The notes: a model not told the origin generated them from the sequence alone. Positions 25,022-37,485 are shown, counted from the first letter of the stretch. The stretch is 64,000 nt of DNA from Eledone cirrhosa (GCA_964016885.1 OZ024742.1:233058001-233122000), one strand, 5' to 3'. Translations and numbers: made by a program.

Positions 25022-25025
<4 letters not shown>
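24390..25025 (-). repeat. Partial tandem repeat (525-nt period) within (TA)n, probable Penelope-derived pLTR pair
   Basis: ~110-bp direct repeat (24390-24500 and 24915-25025), each with CTGACGA on the minus strand. A diverged third copy at 26315-26592 has CTGATGA. Confidence 0.65.
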
Positions 25026-25092
<67 letters not shown>

Positions 25093-25159
25093 TGTGTGTG
25101 TGTGTGTGTGAGAATGTGTGTATGTATATGCCAATATATATGTGTGTATGTATATATAT

Positions 25160-25202
<43 letters not shown>

Positions 25203-25393
25203 ATACTTGGGGAGGGTCATATTTGTGTAATATTGCCAGAATTAATAACAGAACACACTCACTGTTTAGTTGGTTTTCGCTTCTGTGTCTTTTATATCGG
25301 TTAATTTAATTTATTCGGTCCTCAATGTTGCATTGACTGACCAACGGTCAAAAATACAGACACAATATAGACACAAACGCATATATATAGTCT

Positions 25394-25435
25394 ATCAAAG
25401 TTCTTTCGTTGCACATCTGCAACATCGTCAGTGTT
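25394..25435 (-). ncRNA. Type I hammerhead-like motif in a pLTR-like repeat (25195-25560)
   Basis: Minus strand CA CTGACGA T GTTGCA gatg TGCAAC GAAA GAAC TT TG: perfect 6-bp stem II, weak stem I. Confidence 0.65.
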
Positions 25436-25747
25436 GCTATTATGTTTCCTCCCGTTGCATTGTATGCTTACGCCATCTTAATTTAGTCTGTTTATTTATT
25501 TATTTATTTATTTGTTTTTGTTTTTTGTCTTCTCTGCGCATGCGTTTGCGTATAGTGTTTTGTTTGATGTGTGTTCTTGTTTGGGTGACTGTGTATTGGT
25601 TAATGTATTCTATCTTAGTTTACTAGTGTGTGTTTATATGTGTGTGTGTGTGATTGTATATGCGTATATATATATATATACATATATACATATACGCATA
25701 TACAATCACACATAGACACACACATATATACATATACATATGTATTA

Positions 25748-26268
25748 TGTCAGGTCGCTCTTCAGCGCTACTGGTAACATGTAACCCAGTACATCCTACA
25801 ACCTGTGCATGGTCGGATCGTCGGCGACTAAACCCGTTACCCCACCAAGCTTGCTTGGTGAGGAAGGTGATTTTGGACACCTTGCGGGGTGAAAACAAGA
25901 CCTGTTAAAGGTCGGGGAACTCAGGAGAGTCAACGCCCATCCAATAATTCGAGTAATGCTATCGCTTGATACTTAAGCACGAATTCGCGGACGTGGCTTT
26001 TTTGTCCGGTGAGGGACTTGCCTATGGCCAGCAATAACTTGTATCGTAAAAATGTCACCTATCAAGTGATGCCGGTGCTTGAAACTTTTTTAAGAGAAGA
26101 AAGGCTTTGCACGGGTCCAATCCCAATCTTTGAACATCGAATGCATTTACCCTAAAAGAAGAATCTGCTCTACATCATTGGATGCAAACGAAGTCGCAAG
26201 TTTTATATCAGAGTGACCATCTAGAGAAATGTCTTAATGAAGACTAGGAGTCTCTTGCTACGCACAAA

Positions 26269-26270
<2 letters not shown>
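25748..26270 (+). mobile_element. Non-autonomous RTE-derived short element (family also at 35768, 36840, 43740, 55630, 60072, 60620)
   Basis: Shared 5' block GCTACTGGTAACATGTAACCCAGTAC..GTCGGCGACTAAACC..CACCAAGCTTGCTTGGTGAGG. Confidence 0.65.
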
Positions 26271-26316
<46 letters not shown>

Positions 26317-27072
26317 AAATGGGGAGAAGAATACTGCAGGTTGCACATGGATAACATGTAATAAAATGAGTCCCTCATCAGTGATTTGCCGACGATCATA
26401 GATATTTCATTGCATTAAAAATCATATACCTCACGTCGGTGCAATAATAACTAAATTAAGTTATTAGAACAATTAAAACACGTAAAGCGAGTGAGACAAG
26501 ATAACAACAAAGAGGAGAGCTAACCGTAGAGAGGAAGGGAACAAGCTACATAGTTATTCTGTTAGCATAAGCTAGGTGAATATATGAGCGCTTATATATA
26601 TATATACAGTATTTTCCGTAGTGTTGTAATATAAATATTACACACAGTAGATGGACAGCTCACGTAGAGTTTGCTCGACGGTTCCAGTTGTAGTTCCAAA
26701 AGTAATCCGGAGAAAAATAGAAGGATTTTAATGGATACAGTTTAGTTAAAAGGAATTTATTGACACGTGTTTCTATAACAGTTACATAACCTGAAAACAG
26801 CTGCTATCTACAAAGTATTAGTTATGCAGACATTCAATATTTCAATGTTATTATCAACTGTCATTTCATCGGAATAATTTTACTGAGGACCTGTTTGGTT
26901 TTTATAGAGAATATTAGGAGGGAGGGGTGAAGTTGTTAGAAGAATAGTTGAGGGAGTGGTTTTTTGATAGCAGTGAGAATTTTTGGTGGCAGTGAGTAAT
27001 TAGATTCCCATCTGTTGTTTTGACATTTTTATAGAATATATTATTGGTTATTTTTCTAAATCTATAGAAGGA

Positions 27073-28023
27073 CTAGCAGTAAAGCCCGGCGTTGCTCGGG
27101 GTCGCTCAGTAGCTGTGTTAAAGTTACAATGTTAAGTTTCTTTCTTGGCTTAAAAACTGTAGTGTTTACTGTGCAGACTTGCATGTGGTGTTTTTGATTA
27201 ATATTCCCTCAACCAACAATATGCCTTATGAAGTTAAGAAAACATAACGATAACCCGAATGTTATAACAAAAGAGGATGCTGGGGATAGAAACTGCACTG
27301 GTTATTTATTAACAAAGATCGAAAATGTAAACACTGCAACGCAGAGAAAAACATTAGCGTAACCAAATTATCAGTTATGTCTGTCTGCACGCCTATATCA
27401 CCTCTCTGCACGACTATCTGTCTGCACGCCTATATCACCTCTCTGCACGACTATCTGTCTGCACGCCTATATCACCTCTCTGCACGACTGTCTGTCTGCA
27501 CGCCTATATCACCTCTCTGCACGACTGTCTGTCTGCACGACTGTCCGTCTGCACGCCTAACGACGAAATATTTGCTTGTTTTACGTAGTCTTTAAATAGA
27601 CTTGTTTTCAAGTAAAAATATTGTTTTAAAATGCTTTTAAATGGAAATGAAGCAAAACGGAAGCTTAGTGTTCGAACTGATGAATTTTGCAGGTCAATAT
27701 TTTGCTGGCTCGACAACTGTTCGTTCGTGTATTGTGTTAATGTCATTTTAAACGCTGAGAAAGCCAGCGTAATTTTTTACGTAAGACGCTCAATGTAAAC
27801 AGAACAAAGGGAAATAACTGATAACTTACGCTCAAAAATCGATACATTATATTCGATTTCGTCACATAGGGTGGGTCAATTTGAAATTTTTTTTTCCGAT
27901 GTCTTCGCTAGGGCTCAATGTACAAGTATAGCAATTTCGGTGCAATTCCGTGAGAGATTCTAAGAGGAGATGTGTGCCAAAAATCGATAGACAGACAGAC
28001 AACCACAGTTTTATATATATAGA
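27073..28023 (-). mobile_element. Non-autonomous Helitron
   Basis: Minus strand begins TC and ends CTAG, inserted between A and T, with subterminal hairpin CCCGAGCAACGCCGGG. The empty site is visible in the other pLTR arm at ~30541. Internal 37-bp tandem repeat at 27379-27557. Confidence 0.9.
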
Positions 28024-28343
28024 TTAGAGATAGTAAAGATATGCGTGGTTGGTTTTGTGTTTGCACTTAATTAACATTCAGACTTAAATTTTTCTTTCAA
28101 GTGTACGTATCCTTTCGCCCACGCATTCACACACAAACATATATGCACACCTCTACAAAATACATATACTCACATACACATACTTACATGCTCATACTTA
28201 CATACATATACACATGCATACATATATATATACACATATATACATGTACATACATACGCGTTCATGTGTATACATTTTCATACTCAACTTATCTTTATAT
28301 ACACACGTATAGACACACACATATATACACACATACTCCAGTC

Positions 28344-28394
<51 letters not shown>

Positions 28395-28785
28395 ACTTTA
28401 ATACATGAATGCACTTACATCTAACTATACACATCAAACATATATATATTTACTTATTTATATACATTTTTCCCATATATATACATACTTATGGTCGCTT
28501 TTAGACACATTCATTATAGCATATTTGCACCTATTCTCATCAGCATATCTTTCCATTATTAGTGTGGTAATTTAAGGTTATTAATATACATATATATGTT
28601 GAGAAGAGATTATTTTTATGTTGAGAAGAGATTATTTTTATATTTTCATTCAATTTATGAAACGGTTTAATTAGACCAGAGTTTAAATTGAGTGTGACAT
28701 CCAGGAAGTTAACTACTTTAAGGTTGTATTCATATGTTATAGTTAGTCCTATTTCGAGTAGTAGTTTTCTTATATCTTTGCGTAA

Positions 28786-29865
28786 TTGAATGAAAATCTC
28801 AAGTACGTAAATGTTGGGTCTAACCACCCCATCTCTATAATTAAATCTATCCCTAAAAATATTTCCCTTAGAATCTCGGGTCTATCTTCTAACATACAAG
28901 TATTTAAGGAACACGCCGAGTACTACGATAACGCCCTTAGTAAAGCAGGCTACCTCAACAAAATAGAGTATATAGATGAGAACAATCAAAACACCCAAAA
29001 TAAATCCCACATAGGTAGATATAATAACACAACACCAAACCACACTTACTACCATAGTATACACACCAGTAAACCAACAAACAAAACTAATAGAAAGCGA
29101 TGCAAAGAGTACTTATGGTATAACCCTGAATACAATAGTTCCATTAGTACAAATTTACCAGTACTCTTCTTTAAAATAATTAAGAGACATTTTCCTACAT
29201 CACACAAATACCACAAAATCCTAAACCCTACCACTATAAGACTGTCATACTCTACAGCGTTAAACCTTGAACAACACATAAAAAAGATCAATACTAGAAG
29301 GTTAAACGAAAACACTAAAAACTTATGTACAAAGAACACAAAAAAAACAGTAGACAATACACTACAGAACATAAATAAACCACACCTAAGTTCGTTCGCA
29401 ATACTACTCCAGAGAAAACCCAACGTACACAACTGTAACTGCACCTATCCTGACAACTGCCCCCTCGGCAATAACTGCCTGGAAAAAAATATTATTTATA
29501 AGTGTACCATTAAATCCGGAGGCAACGAGTAGTATTACGTGGGATCAACGGCAACATCGTTTAAATCTCGATTATATAGGCATTCTTACTCAATAAAACA
29601 CCAGAGCCAAAGAAATGTAACAACTTTAGCAGAAAAAGCTTGGACGCTCAGGGATAGCGATCAAAAGTTTACCCTAAAATGGGAGAAATTAGCTAAAACC
29701 CAAAGCTTTTCTAGGAGCCAAAATTTCTGCAAATTGTGTAATCTTGAGATCTATTACATAATCACACACAAGAGGAAATTGCTGAATAACAGAATTGAAC
29801 GAACATTATTCTGCCGTCACCGAACTAAAACCCTTTTTTCCCACTACAAGCTGAATATTACATAA
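28786..29865 (+). pseudogene. Penelope-like RT thumb, linker and GIY-YIG endonuclease (one in-frame TAG at 29530)
   Basis: YVNVGSNHP, WYNPEY, TIRLSYS, CNC..CPLGNNC..NIIYKC, YYVGST...FKSRLYRH, CKLCNLE and CRH. The upstream RT piece (VNFLDVTLNL) is inverted at 28648-28790. Confidence 0.9.
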
Positions 29866-30140
29866 AAGAGGGACATCCCCCAACTATATAAACCTCAATC
29901 TAGTTAGAAAAATATAAAAATAATCTCTTCTCAACATATATATGTATATTAATAACCTTAAATTACCACACTAATAATGGAAAGATATGCTGATGAGAAT
30001 AGGTGCAAATATGCTATAATGAATGTGTCTAAAAGCGACCATAAGTATGTATATATATGGGAAAAATGTATATAAATAAGTAAATATATATATATGTTTG
30101 ATGTGTATAGTTAGATGTAAGTGCATTCATGTATTAAAGT

Positions 30141-30221
<81 letters not shown>

Positions 30222-31016
30222 GACTGGAGTATGTGTGTATATATGTGTGTGTCTATACGTGTGTATATAAAGATAAGTTGAGTATGAAAATGTATACACA
30301 TGAACGCGTATGTATGTACATGTATATATGTGTATATATATATGTATGCATGTGTATATGTATGTAAGTATGAGCATGTAAGTATGTGTATGTGAGTATA
30401 TGTATTTTGTAGAGGTGTGCATATATGTTTGTGTGTGAATGCGTGGGCGAAAGGATACGTACACTTGAAAGAAAAATTTAAGTCTGAATGTTAATTAAGT
30501 GCAAACACAAAACCAACCACGCATATCTATACTATCTCTAATCCTTCTATAGATTTAGAAAAATAACCAATAATATATTCTATAAAAATGTCAAAACAAC
30601 AGATGGGAATCTAATTACTCACTGCCACCAAAAATTCTCACTGCTATCAAAAAACCACTCCCTCAACTATTCTTCTAACAACTTCACCCCTCCCTCCTAA
30701 TATTCTCTATAAAAACCAAACAGGTCCTCAGTAAAATTATTCCGATGAAATGACAGTTGATAATAACATTGAAATATTGAATGTCTGCATAACTAATACT
30801 TTGTAGATAGCAGCTGTTTTCAGGTTATGTAACTGTTATAGAAACACGTGTCAATAAATTCCTTTTAACTAAACTGTATCCATTAAAATCCTTCTATATA
30901 TATAATAATAAAATTAATAATGAAATTATTGTGTAAAGTGCTCAGGTGCACTACAACTCGTCAATATAGTACATAGAATAATACACAAATGCCAGGGAAG
31001 TACATGTTTGTATGTG

Positions 31017-33829
31017 TTAGCTGTAGTGTTGGCGGATCTCGGGAAGCATGGAGGCCTTAAAGGATGCAGTGTCTCGACAGCTAACAACTGATGCAGGTAG
31101 TTTGTTCCATGCTTCAGCAACTCTGAGCGTGAAAAAATGTTTCCGAAAGTCATGGGAACTGTGCTGTTTTCTTACTTTGTGGGCATGTCCACGTGTGTTA
31201 GACACATGGAAATCGAAAAGGCACTCAGGGTTGTTGTTGGCAACATGGTTAACAATTTTGTGGGTGTTTACCAAGTCAGTTGCCAGGCGTCGGAGCTTCA
31301 ATGAATCCATGCCCAGGGAAGCAAGGCGCTCAGAGTATGGTAGATGCCTGATGGAGGGTATTCGCTTGGTTGCACGTCTCTGAACAGTTTCCAGGCGGTC
31401 AATGTCCTGAGCAAGATAGGGGTTCCAGACTGGTGATGCAAATTCTAAGTGTGGTCGCACCATAGCTGTATACAGACTTAAATAGATATCTGGAGAGCGG
31501 CTGACAAAGGTCTTGCTGAGTGATGCTAAGACACCCTCGGCCCTCTTGACAATTTTAGAGACGTGCCTCGTCCAACGCAAATCGCTGCTGACCGTAATGC
31601 CCAGGTCACGTTCACAGGAAGACTTCTTGATATTAGTGCTGTGGAGGGAGTATGTGGACGCTGGGTTTTTACTCCCAAAATGCATGGTGGTGCACTTGTC
31701 CACAGCTAGCTTGAGTTGCCAGTCTGAGATCCACTGTTGCATTGTGTCCAGGTCAGACTGCAAGCAAGATCTATAGTGTTCAGGATCTGTCCTTTTTATC
31801 TCAAGGTACAGCTTGATGTCGTCTGCGTACTTTAGTACTGTGGCATTCCTTAAGTTGGCATCTATGTCATTAATATATGCCACAAACAAAAGGGGGCCAA
31901 GAACAGATCCCTGAGGTACACCAGATGACATCTCATATGGTGAGGAATGCTGTCCCAGAACCGTGACTACCTCTCTTCGACTGAGAATGAAGGACTTCAA
32001 CCAGTTAAAAAGATCATCCTTCACACCCATTGCAGAGAGTTTTGCCATAAGCCTTTTGTGCGGCACAGAATTGAAGGCCTTCGCAAAGTCAAAGTAAACA
32101 ACATCCACCCATGAGCCGCCATCAGTGATCCGGGTGATGTCCTCAAGAAACTCTGTAAGTTGATCACAGCAGCTGGAGTTGGGGATAAATCCAAATTGCG
32201 AGGGCCGGATAAGACTGTTAGAGCTCCAGAAGTTCCAAAGTGTTTCTCTGACACAGGATTCCATCAGTTTGGCGATGCAACTAGTAAGACTGACTGGACG
32301 ATAGTTCACAGGTAATGTGCGGTCACCCTTTTTGAACAGAGGAATTACACTGGCAGTTTTCCACTGTTCTGGAATAGCACTGTTGTTCAGACAGAATTGG
32401 AAGAAGCGTGATAACTGGTGTAGAAGGAAGTACCCACCACGTTTAAGAAGCAGGTACGTAACACCATCAAGACCAGGAGAGGCATGGTTGCGTTTATTTT
32501 TTAGGTGACGTCGCAGCATTGCAGGTGTAAATTCCATGGTTGTAATAGAGTCCGGTGTCATAGGTGGTGGAGATGGTACACTCTGGTCTTCAATGGTGAA
32601 AATGCCTGCATAGCATTCAGCAATGAGCTCTGCGCATTCCTTGGGGTCGTCAGTAACCTGGCTTGTGTGGGGATTGCGAAGAGGACCAACTGGAGAGTGA
32701 GGCCTCTGCTTTGAGTGAACATACTTCCAGAACACCTTACTGTCAGGGCTGGTTGCTATGCGCTGCTCAAATTGAAGCACTGCCTTTTTTGTCACCTGTT
32801 TGAGGTGGTTGGACGATCTATTTCGCCTCTTCCTATTAATGTCTGATTTGTGAAGTTTGTACTCACGTTCAGCATTGCGCCGTTCTTTTCTGGCAAGACG
32901 GACTGCTGCAGTCTCCCAAATTGCGCTTTTAGGATGTTTTTTCCGCTTACGTGGCACCGATGCTGCACACGCTGTCCATATTGAGCTCAGGATGTTCTGG
33001 AGTACAGTGTTGACATCTCCAGAGTCATAGAACTCAAGCCAGTTTGGCCGTTGCAACTCGGTGCAGTAACAGTTCCAGTCTGCTTTATTCCAGTCAAAGT
33101 GAGCAGTTTGGAGATGGTTGTGGTTCTTGTTACTGCCCACGAGGGATAGATTGGCAATGATCATAGCATGATCAGAGTCACCTAAAGGTTCCTCAGCAGT
33201 AACACTAATGACCGTTTCAGGAGTAGTGGTGAAGAGTAGGTCCAGAGTGTTGTCACCTCTCGTTGGGGAGGTGTTGGGACCAACTCGAGTCCAGCACCAG
33301 CTCAAGTAAGTCATTTGCACTTGGCGGCCAACGAAAGGTCTCCCAGTCAATCTCAGGGTGATTGAAGTCACCTGCAATGAAAACATAAGTGGCTGTCTTC
33401 CTGGCAGCAGCTCTGAGGATATCACAAAGTTGAGTGTCCTGATGGTAATTTGGGGGACGGTAAACGACTCCAAGTAGCAGTGTTGACATGGTCATACGTA
33501 TATCGCAGAAAAAAACTTCCTGCTGTGATTGGTTCAAATCAGCACAAGGAATTGCCGACAGATTTGACCGAACGTCGACCATTACACCACCACCACGACG
33601 ATTAATACGGTCTTTACGAAACAGGTTGTAGCCAGTCATGCTGAAAACCCCATCACAGAGTAAGGGATGTGCCCAAGTTTCCGTGACTGTAATGAAGTCC
33701 GGGTTGATACTTTTGACGTAGGAGTCAAAAAGATGAATCTTATTGCATAGACTACGTGCATTCAAGGACAACAGTTTGTACTTTGATTCCAGTCTATGAT
33801 TATGTGCAGGGGATGGCAGGTTGTTCTGA
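31017..33829 (-). CDS. CR1-type ORF2 (endonuclease-reverse transcriptase), one frameshift near 33270
   Basis: LNARSL, TETW, GGGV, YRPP, GDFN, LDL, SDH, YRPVSLTS, DFAKAF, GVPQGSVLGP, YADD, ERDLG, RPHLEF, VQRRATK and TRGH. Confidence 0.9.
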
Positions 33830-33830
33830 T

Positions 33831-35078
33831 TTAGTTTCCCAGAGTTTTTTCAGTTTCTTTATTGTCAGTTGTTGTGGGTACACTGTTTTCAGACCAGCTG
33901 GTGTCTCTTTTCCATGATTCGCCAGCCTTAACAAACTTCCATATCTGCCCATCATCTCGTAGGCTGAAGCTTTCATGTTCTGCCGAGCTGCGGTTTAGGG
34001 AAGCTGCAGCACGCAACTTTGGGCGGACATCAGGTGGAAGACCAGGACGTGTTCGGAAAGCAATCCGACTTTCACGCCTAGCTTTATCAGAGGCTACAAG
34101 GTATGAACGTGCCTCAGCCGAGTTTGAAAACGACAGTCTAATTAACCTGGGTTTCGGGCCTGGTCGGCCAAGGCGTAGAGCACCCTTTGCGGGAGCACAG
34201 CCCAGGTCTTTGGATGAACTGGCAGCAAATGCCTGAAGATCAACTATGTCTTCCGGCACACCAATGGCAATCACTTCGTGGTTTGCAGATTCAGTGGCAT
34301 TCTCAATGCGTCTAGGTTCAACATGAGGTACGCGGAGATTTTTTAACAAGGCACTCCGGTAAGATCTCTCATTGTGGGGTTCTACACGAACGCTTGATTT
34401 TATTTCCGCTATTTCTTGACTTAAAGCGGAAATCATTTGCCGTATTTCCTCAAACTCCGTATTGACGGTCGGTTTTTGTTGTTGTTCTTCTCCTTCAACA
34501 GGCATGGTAGAAGACACAGTCGTCGGTTGTTGTTGTTGAAAAGTAACGGGTGAGGAAGACATGGGTTGCTGTTGTTGATGAAGTCCTTCAACGGGGGTAG
34601 TAGCAGAAGCTACGGTCGTTGGTTTTTGCTGTTGTTCAGCGACAATGGTAGAGGAAGACACGATCCTCGGTTTTTGTTGTTGTTGTTCAGGAACAATGGT
34701 AGAAGACACGATCTTCGGTCTTTGTTGTTGTTCCGCAGCAATGGGAGAAGCAGGCATACAGTCCAGGCACTGAAAGGACCAGTTTGTTAGCTGGACCATC
34801 TCCCAGAGTCTATCCATCGTAGCAATGTGATGTTTCTTATTTTGGCCTGGGATCTTCCGGAAGCCTGTGGCGCATTGAAGGCAGACAGAGATGCGACAGG
34901 TTCCACATTCGACCCAACGATTACGGAACGAGTTTTCGGGTTCCGTACAGATATGGCAGGTGTGATCTTCCGGGCAATGTTCTATTTGAGATAGAGTGTC
35001 CGTGCTGTTTGCTCTGATCTGCGTAACCGGTAAAAACTTAAAAACTGAAATGCGCAACCGGTAAAAACTTAAAACCAC
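33831..35078 (-). CDS. CR1-type ORF1 with PHD-like zinc finger and Gln-rich ~15-aa repeats (start codon uncertain)
   Basis: CHIC..WVECGTC..CLQC..FQCLDC, a coiled-coil segment and RLGRPGPKPRLIRL. Ends LGN followed by stop. Confidence 0.85.
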   Translation of the reverse strand: MVLSFYRLRISVFKFLPVTQIRANSTDTLSQIEHCPEDHTCHICTEPENSFRNRWVECGTCRISVCLQCATGFRKIPGQNKKHHIATMDRLWEMVQLTNWSFQCLDCMPASPIAAEQQQRPKIVSSTIVPEQQQQKPRIVSSSTIVAEQQQKPTTVASATTPVEGLHQQQQPMSSSPVTFQQQQPTTVSSTMPVEGEEQQQKPTVNTEFEEIRQMISALSQEIAEIKSSVRVEPHNERSYRSALLKNLRVPHVEPRRIENATESANHEVIAIGVPEDIVDLQAFAASSSKDLGCAPAKGALRLGRPGPKPRLIRLSFSNSAEARSYLVASDKARRESRIAFRTRPGLPPDVRPKLRAAASLNRSSAEHESFSLRDDGQIWKFVKAGESWKRDTSWSENSVPTTTDNKETEKTLGN

Positions 35079-35215
35079 AACTGAATACTAACCCATACAA
35101 TCACTAATACTCTTTTATTCCTAATTAAACCACTTTTCAACTGTGAACAATTTGTCAGCATTTTCTATTCCGTTTACCAATATATAATAACTTGTGTGTT
35201 ACACCTCTATTCTTT

Positions 35216-35312
<97 letters not shown>

Positions 35313-35341
35313 GTGTATGTGTATGTGTGTATATATATATG

Positions 35342-35406
<65 letters not shown>

Positions 35407-35411
<5 letters not shown>

Positions 35412-35464
35412 AACGAGTAAGACCCCGACGGCTGAGCAGCCGTCGGGGTCTTACTCGTTCCTAT
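35407..35464. repeat. Perfect 28-bp inverted repeat with 2-nt loop
   Basis: ATAGGAACGAGTAAGACCCCGACGGCTG-AG-CAGCCGTCGGGGTCTTACTCGTTCCTAT. Confidence 0.95.
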
Positions 35465-35541
35465 TACCCACTCTACTACCCTAAGTATTGAGTACTTTGG
35501 TGCGTTATGGTCCATATGGTTCCTTACCACATTTCCTTCGT

Positions 35542-35574
<33 letters not shown>

Positions 35575-35589
35575 GTGTGTATGTATGTA

Positions 35590-35688
<99 letters not shown>

Positions 35689-35767
35689 GTAAGAGTGTGT
35701 ATGTGTTTATGTATATGTATATATGTGTGTGTGTGTATATATATGTGTATATATATATATATATATT

Positions 35768-36375
35768 ATGTCAGGTCACCAGTTGGTGCTACTGGTAACA
35801 TCTATCCCAGTACAACCTGCCCCTTGGTCGGGTCGTTGGCGACTAAACAGGCAACCCTACCAAGGTTTCTTGGTGAGGAGAATGACTTTGGACATCCTGC
35901 AGGACTAAAAACAAAACCTGTCAAAGGGCAAAGGAGCTCTTAAGAGCCAATGACCATCCAAAATCACCGGGAGATATGACCCCTTAGCCTTTATCAAGGC
36001 AGAATTCTAGGAGAAGGAAAACTCTGATATAACACCTGCAACCCTGATGGTATCCAATGATGTTGACTTGTTCTTCTTTTTGGTAAATATCATCTTGGTT
36101 AAGAGAGTGGGACTGGCTTTGTGCAGTGCTTTTGCTCACTATAAAAGCTTCACGGCACAGGCATTACTTTATATCTGGAGATCTCTCTTCACTTGTCGTC
36201 ACATGGTACCATGGGCCCAGCACTATGTGTCAATAATTGTCACAAGTGTAGTGTTTGTACCAGAGTTTTCAAGTCGCTGGCTGGACTAAAAAGTCACACT
36301 CGTTCAGCGCATCGGTAGGGGTTCTCCTACATGGATATAAAGTAGTGGCCGTACTCGAAAACGATTTGGCAGCCA

Positions 36376-36379
<4 letters not shown>
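35768..36379 (+). mobile_element. Non-autonomous RTE-derived short element
   Basis: Same 5' block as 60072. Contains the RTE-5'UTR-like motif TAGGAGAAGGAAAACTCTGA and ends GGCAGCCACCAT before a microsatellite. Confidence 0.65.
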
Positions 36380-36410
<31 letters not shown>

Positions 36411-36414
<4 letters not shown>

Positions 36415-36800
36415 TAAACTCAAACAGTCTTTTACAATTAAATAGCTCAAAGAAAGAGATATTTCTGAGCCGTGAAATACAAATTAATATATGATAAACA
36501 CTAATACAAGTATATAAGTGTTTGTATTGCAAATGACTAAGTTAGCTAGATTGAAAAATACTAATTAAATTAATACAGTTTGCCTGTCTCGATTTAAAAT
36601 AATAAATCAATAAAAACAAACCCATATTGGCAATAGCCGTGATACCTGGACAAATTTAAATTTCAAAACTCAAATCTGTTTCGCAACAATAAGTGAAAAT
36701 TCCATTTCTGTGCTCAGCTGCAGGTATCCAGAAATTGGTATGTTTCACTTCAAAATACTTAGGAGCTATTTAACTGTAAAAGACTGTTTGAGTTTATAAC
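36411..36800. mobile_element. MITE with ~38-bp TIRs in (TA)n
   Basis: GTTATAAACTCAAACAGTCTTTTACAATTAAATAGCTC / GAGCTATTTAACTGTAAAAGACTGTTTGAGTTTATAAC (1 mismatch). Superfamily not determined. Confidence 0.75.
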
Positions 36801-36934
36801 TCTATATATAGTATTATCGGCTCCATATGTTGAGCTAAATGGTGCCGGTGGGGCTGGTGGTTTAGTCGTCGACGACCTGACCAAGCACAGGTTGTACTGG
36901 GTTACATGTTACCAGTAGCGCTGAAGAGCAACCT

Positions 36935-37043
<109 letters not shown>

Positions 37044-37170
37044 CCTGGGAGTGTAACGTGAAGTTACTGTAGGTTCACCCAGGTGAGCACTCGATGTTTA
37101 GATTCACGTCTGCAACGAGGAGAACGAGCAGAACAAAGGAGAGGCACAAAAACAAAGAAAAAAATCCCCA

Positions 37171-37213
37171 GTCACTGAAGAGGTCACAGAATGTGTGACG
37201 AAAGAATTTTGAC
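37171..37213 (+). ncRNA. Type I hammerhead-like motif in a pLTR-like repeat (37070-37425)
   Basis: GTCA CTGAAGA G GTCACA gaatg TGTGAC GAAA GAAT TT TGAC. Confidence 0.72.
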
Positions 37214-37419
37214 AATATATAAACAATCATCTGGTTGTGGAACCAACCAACCAACTGGAAATTTGTAAATTCCAAAATTTATAAATTTATTATAATAAAT
37301 TGAAGTGAAAGCAACTGGTGCGTGTGTTTCTTATTGGCAACATGTCCCTCCCAAAGTATAACAATATCGGTTTCAATACACGTTTTCAGATAAAGAATCT
37401 TGTTAAACAAATTCAGAAA

Positions 37420-37485
<66 letters not shown>

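Larger units (their letters stand above)
26717..30897 (+). mobile_element. Penelope-like element (Naiad-like GIY-YIG) with ~1-kb inverted pseudo-LTR arms
   Basis: 26717-28647 (excluding the Helitron) is the near-identical reverse complement of 29907-30897. The centre encodes PLE RT C-terminus and endonuclease. Confidence 0.88.
30903..35190 (-). mobile_element. Near-intact CR1-clade LINE
   Basis: ORF1 with a PHD-like finger, ORF2 APE-RT with one visible frameshift, short 3' UTR and ATT-rich tail. Confidence 0.9.

Noticed and set aside
29530-29532. In-frame stop in the Naiad-like ORF as possible selenocysteine recoding
   Set aside because: The codon is TAG, not TGA, and is not at a Cys position. 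Conserved Cys codons are TGY, and I see no convincing SECIS spacing in the 3' arm.
35194-35943. YI/CV/HT dipeptide-repeat ORFs (also near 9.6, 18.0, 25.0, 28.1, 30.1 and 37.3 kb)
   Set aside because: Stop-free readings of (TA)n and (CA)n microsatellites.
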